DNA of 16,731 nucleotides from a virus (Duplodnaviria; Heunggongvirae; Uroviricota; Caudoviricetes): IMG/VR virus record IMGVR_UViG_2576861133_000011; one strand, 5' to 3'. Shown piece by piece: positions 15,118 to 16,731 of this stretch (position 1 is its first letter; each line of letters starts with the position of its first letter). The notes under the pieces were generated by a model. It saw only the letters and a program-made list of their open reading frames with translations, ran no database searches and was not told where the DNA came from. The position numbers and the translations under genes were made by a program.

Positions 15118-16731
15118 ATGAGTCAGAAATACCTCATTCGCATCGCAGAGCTGGAAAGGTTGCTCTCTGAGCAGGCTGAAGCCCTCCGTCAGAAAGACCA
15201 GCAACTGAGTCTGGTTGAAGAGACGGAAGCCTTCCTGCGCTCTGCACTGACACGTGCCGAAGAAAAGATCGAAGAAGATGAACGGGAAATAGAACATCTG
15301 CGGGCTCAGATAGAAAAACTGCGCCGGATGCTGTTCGGTACCCGTTCTGAAAAACTGCGTCGTGAAGTTGAACTGGCTGAGGCTCTGCTGAAACAACGTG
15401 AACAGGACAGCGATCGTTACAGTGGGCGGGAAGACGATCCTCAGGTTCCCCGCCAGTTGCGACAGTCGCGCCATCGTCGTCCGTTACCGGCACACCTTCC
15501 CCGTGAAATACACCGCCTGGAGCCAGAAGAAAGCTGTTGCCCGGAGTGTGGCGGTGAGCTGGATTATCTGGGGGAAGTCAGCGCTGAACAGCTGGAACTG
15601 GTGAGCAGTGCCCTGAAAGTGATCCGCACAGAACGGGTAAAAAAAGCCTGTACAAAATGTGACTGTATTGTTGAAGCACCGGCGCCGTCCCGCCCGATAG
15701 AGCGTGGTATCGCGGGCCCCGGATTACTTGCCCGCGTGTTAACGGGAAAATACTGCGAACATCTGCCACTGTATCGTCAGAGTGAAATCTTTGCCCGCCA
15801 GGGTGTCGAACTGAGCCGGGCCTTACTCTCCAACTGGGTTGACGCGTGCTGCCAGTTAATGACACCGGTGAATGATGCCCTGTACCGTTATGTAATGAAC
15901 ACCCGCAAGGTTCACACTGATGACACACCGGTAAAGGTACTGGCACCGGGTCAGAAAAAGGCGAAAACAGGGCGTATCTGGACGTATGTCCGGGATGATC
16001 GCAATGTGGGTTCGTCATCTCCTCCAGCGGTCTGGTTCGCGTACTCGCCGAACCGGCAGGGGAAACACCCGGAGCAACACCTCCGCCCCTTCCGGGGTAT
16101 CCTGCAGGCGGATGCGTTCACAGGTTACGACAGGTTGTTCAGTGCAGAACGTGAAGGTGGTGCACTGACAGAAGTTGCGTGCTGGGCCCATGCCCGGCGA
16201 AAAATCCACGATGTATACATCAGCAGCAAAAGTGCGACGGCAGAAGAAGCCCTGAAGCGAATCAGTGAACTGTACGCCATCGAGGATGAAATACGGGGAT
16301 TACCGGAGTCAGAGCGTCTTGCCGTCAGGCAGCAGCGAAGCAAAGTGTTACTGACGTCGCTGCATGAATGGATGGTGGAGAAGAATGGTACGCTGTCGAA
16401 AAAATCCAGACTGGGCGAAGCGTTCAGCTATGTACTGAATCAGTGGGATGCCCTCTGTTATTACAGTGATGACGGTCTGGCGGAGGCGGATAATAATGCT
16501 GCGGAAAGAGCGCTTCGTGCAGTCTGTCTCGGAAAGAAAAACTTTATGTTCTTTGGCAGCGATCACGGCGGCGAGCGTGGAGCACTGTTGTACGGGCTGA
16601 TCGGCACCTGCCGTCTGAACGGTATCGATCCGGAAGCGTATCTGCGCCATATCCTGAGCGTACTGCCGGAATGGCCTTCCAACCGAGTTGACGAACTCCT
16701 GCCATGGAACGTAGTACTCACCAATAAATAA
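15118..16731 (+). CDS. tnpC: IS66-family transposase TnpC, 537 aa
   Basis: Third and largest ORF. N-terminal coiled-coil/leucine-zipper-like region, then a zinc-finger-like CPECGGEL...CTKCDC motif, then a long catalytic region. Stop codon is the last three bases of the window. Confidence 0.85.
   Translation: MSQKYLIRIAELERLLSEQAEALRQKDQQLSLVEETEAFLRSALTRAEEKIEEDEREIEHLRAQIEKLRRMLFGTRSEKLRREVELAEALLKQREQDSDRYSGREDDPQVPRQLRQSRHRRPLPAHLPREIHRLEPEESCCPECGGELDYLGEVSAEQLELVSSALKVIRTERVKKACTKCDCIVEAPAPSRPIERGIAGPGLLARVLTGKYCEHLPLYRQSEIFARQGVELSRALLSNWVDACCQLMTPVNDALYRYVMNTRKVHTDDTPVKVLAPGQKKAKTGRIWTYVRDDRNVGSSSPPAVWFAYSPNRQGKHPEQHLRPFRGILQADAFTGYDRLFSAEREGGALTEVACWAHARRKIHDVYISSKSATAEEALKRISELYAIEDEIRGLPESERLAVRQQRSKVLLTSLHEWMVEKNGTLSKKSRLGEAFSYVLNQWDALCYYSDDGLAEADNNAAERALRAVCLGKKNFMFFGSDHGGERGALLYGLIGTCRLNGIDPEAYLRHILSVLPEWPSNRVDELLPWNVVLTNK

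Larger units (their letters stand above)
14230..16731 (+). mobile_element. IS66-family insertion sequence (ISEc8-like), left end to window edge
   Basis: GTAAGCG terminus at 14230 followed by three co-oriented ORFs in the usual IS66 order and sizes (about 140, 115 and 537 aa), with an ATGA overlap between the first two. The right inverted repeat lies beyond the window. Confidence 0.85.

Noticed and set aside
14353-16650. Antisense and alternative-frame ORFs within the IS66 element (14353..14616, 14752..15012, 14840..15076, 15070..15474, 15134..15493, 15398..15604, 15578..16018, 15986..16168, 16015..16209, 16125..16343, 16348..16650)
   Set aside because: They overlap tnpA, tnpB and tnpC, which match the canonical IS66 three-ORF layout.

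Overview
This window is the early region of a lambda-like prophage, followed by a non-phage adhesin gene and an insertion sequence. The prophage part runs int-xis, a cluster of small accessory ORFs, the Red recombination module exo-bet-gam, a short N-less PL/OL leader, a CI-type repressor, OR/PR, a cro-like gene, a CII-equivalent (YdaT-type) gene, and replication genes O (with ori iterons) and P. Straight after P the phage backbone stops. In its place is an AT-rich ~4.7 kb gene for a 1556-aa inverse-autotransporter (intimin/invasin-family) adhesin with near-identical 357-bp tandem repeats, its own terminator, and then an IS66-family element (tnpA-tnpB-tnpC) preceded by a 246-bp duplicate of its own left end. 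The adhesin cargo gene, its repeat array and the N-less PL leader with two long inverted repeats are the most interesting candidates. No rRNA, tRNA or CRISPR array was seen. All calls come from reading the ORF translations, from recalled lambda protein sequences and from motifs visible in the DNA; no database search or computation was run.
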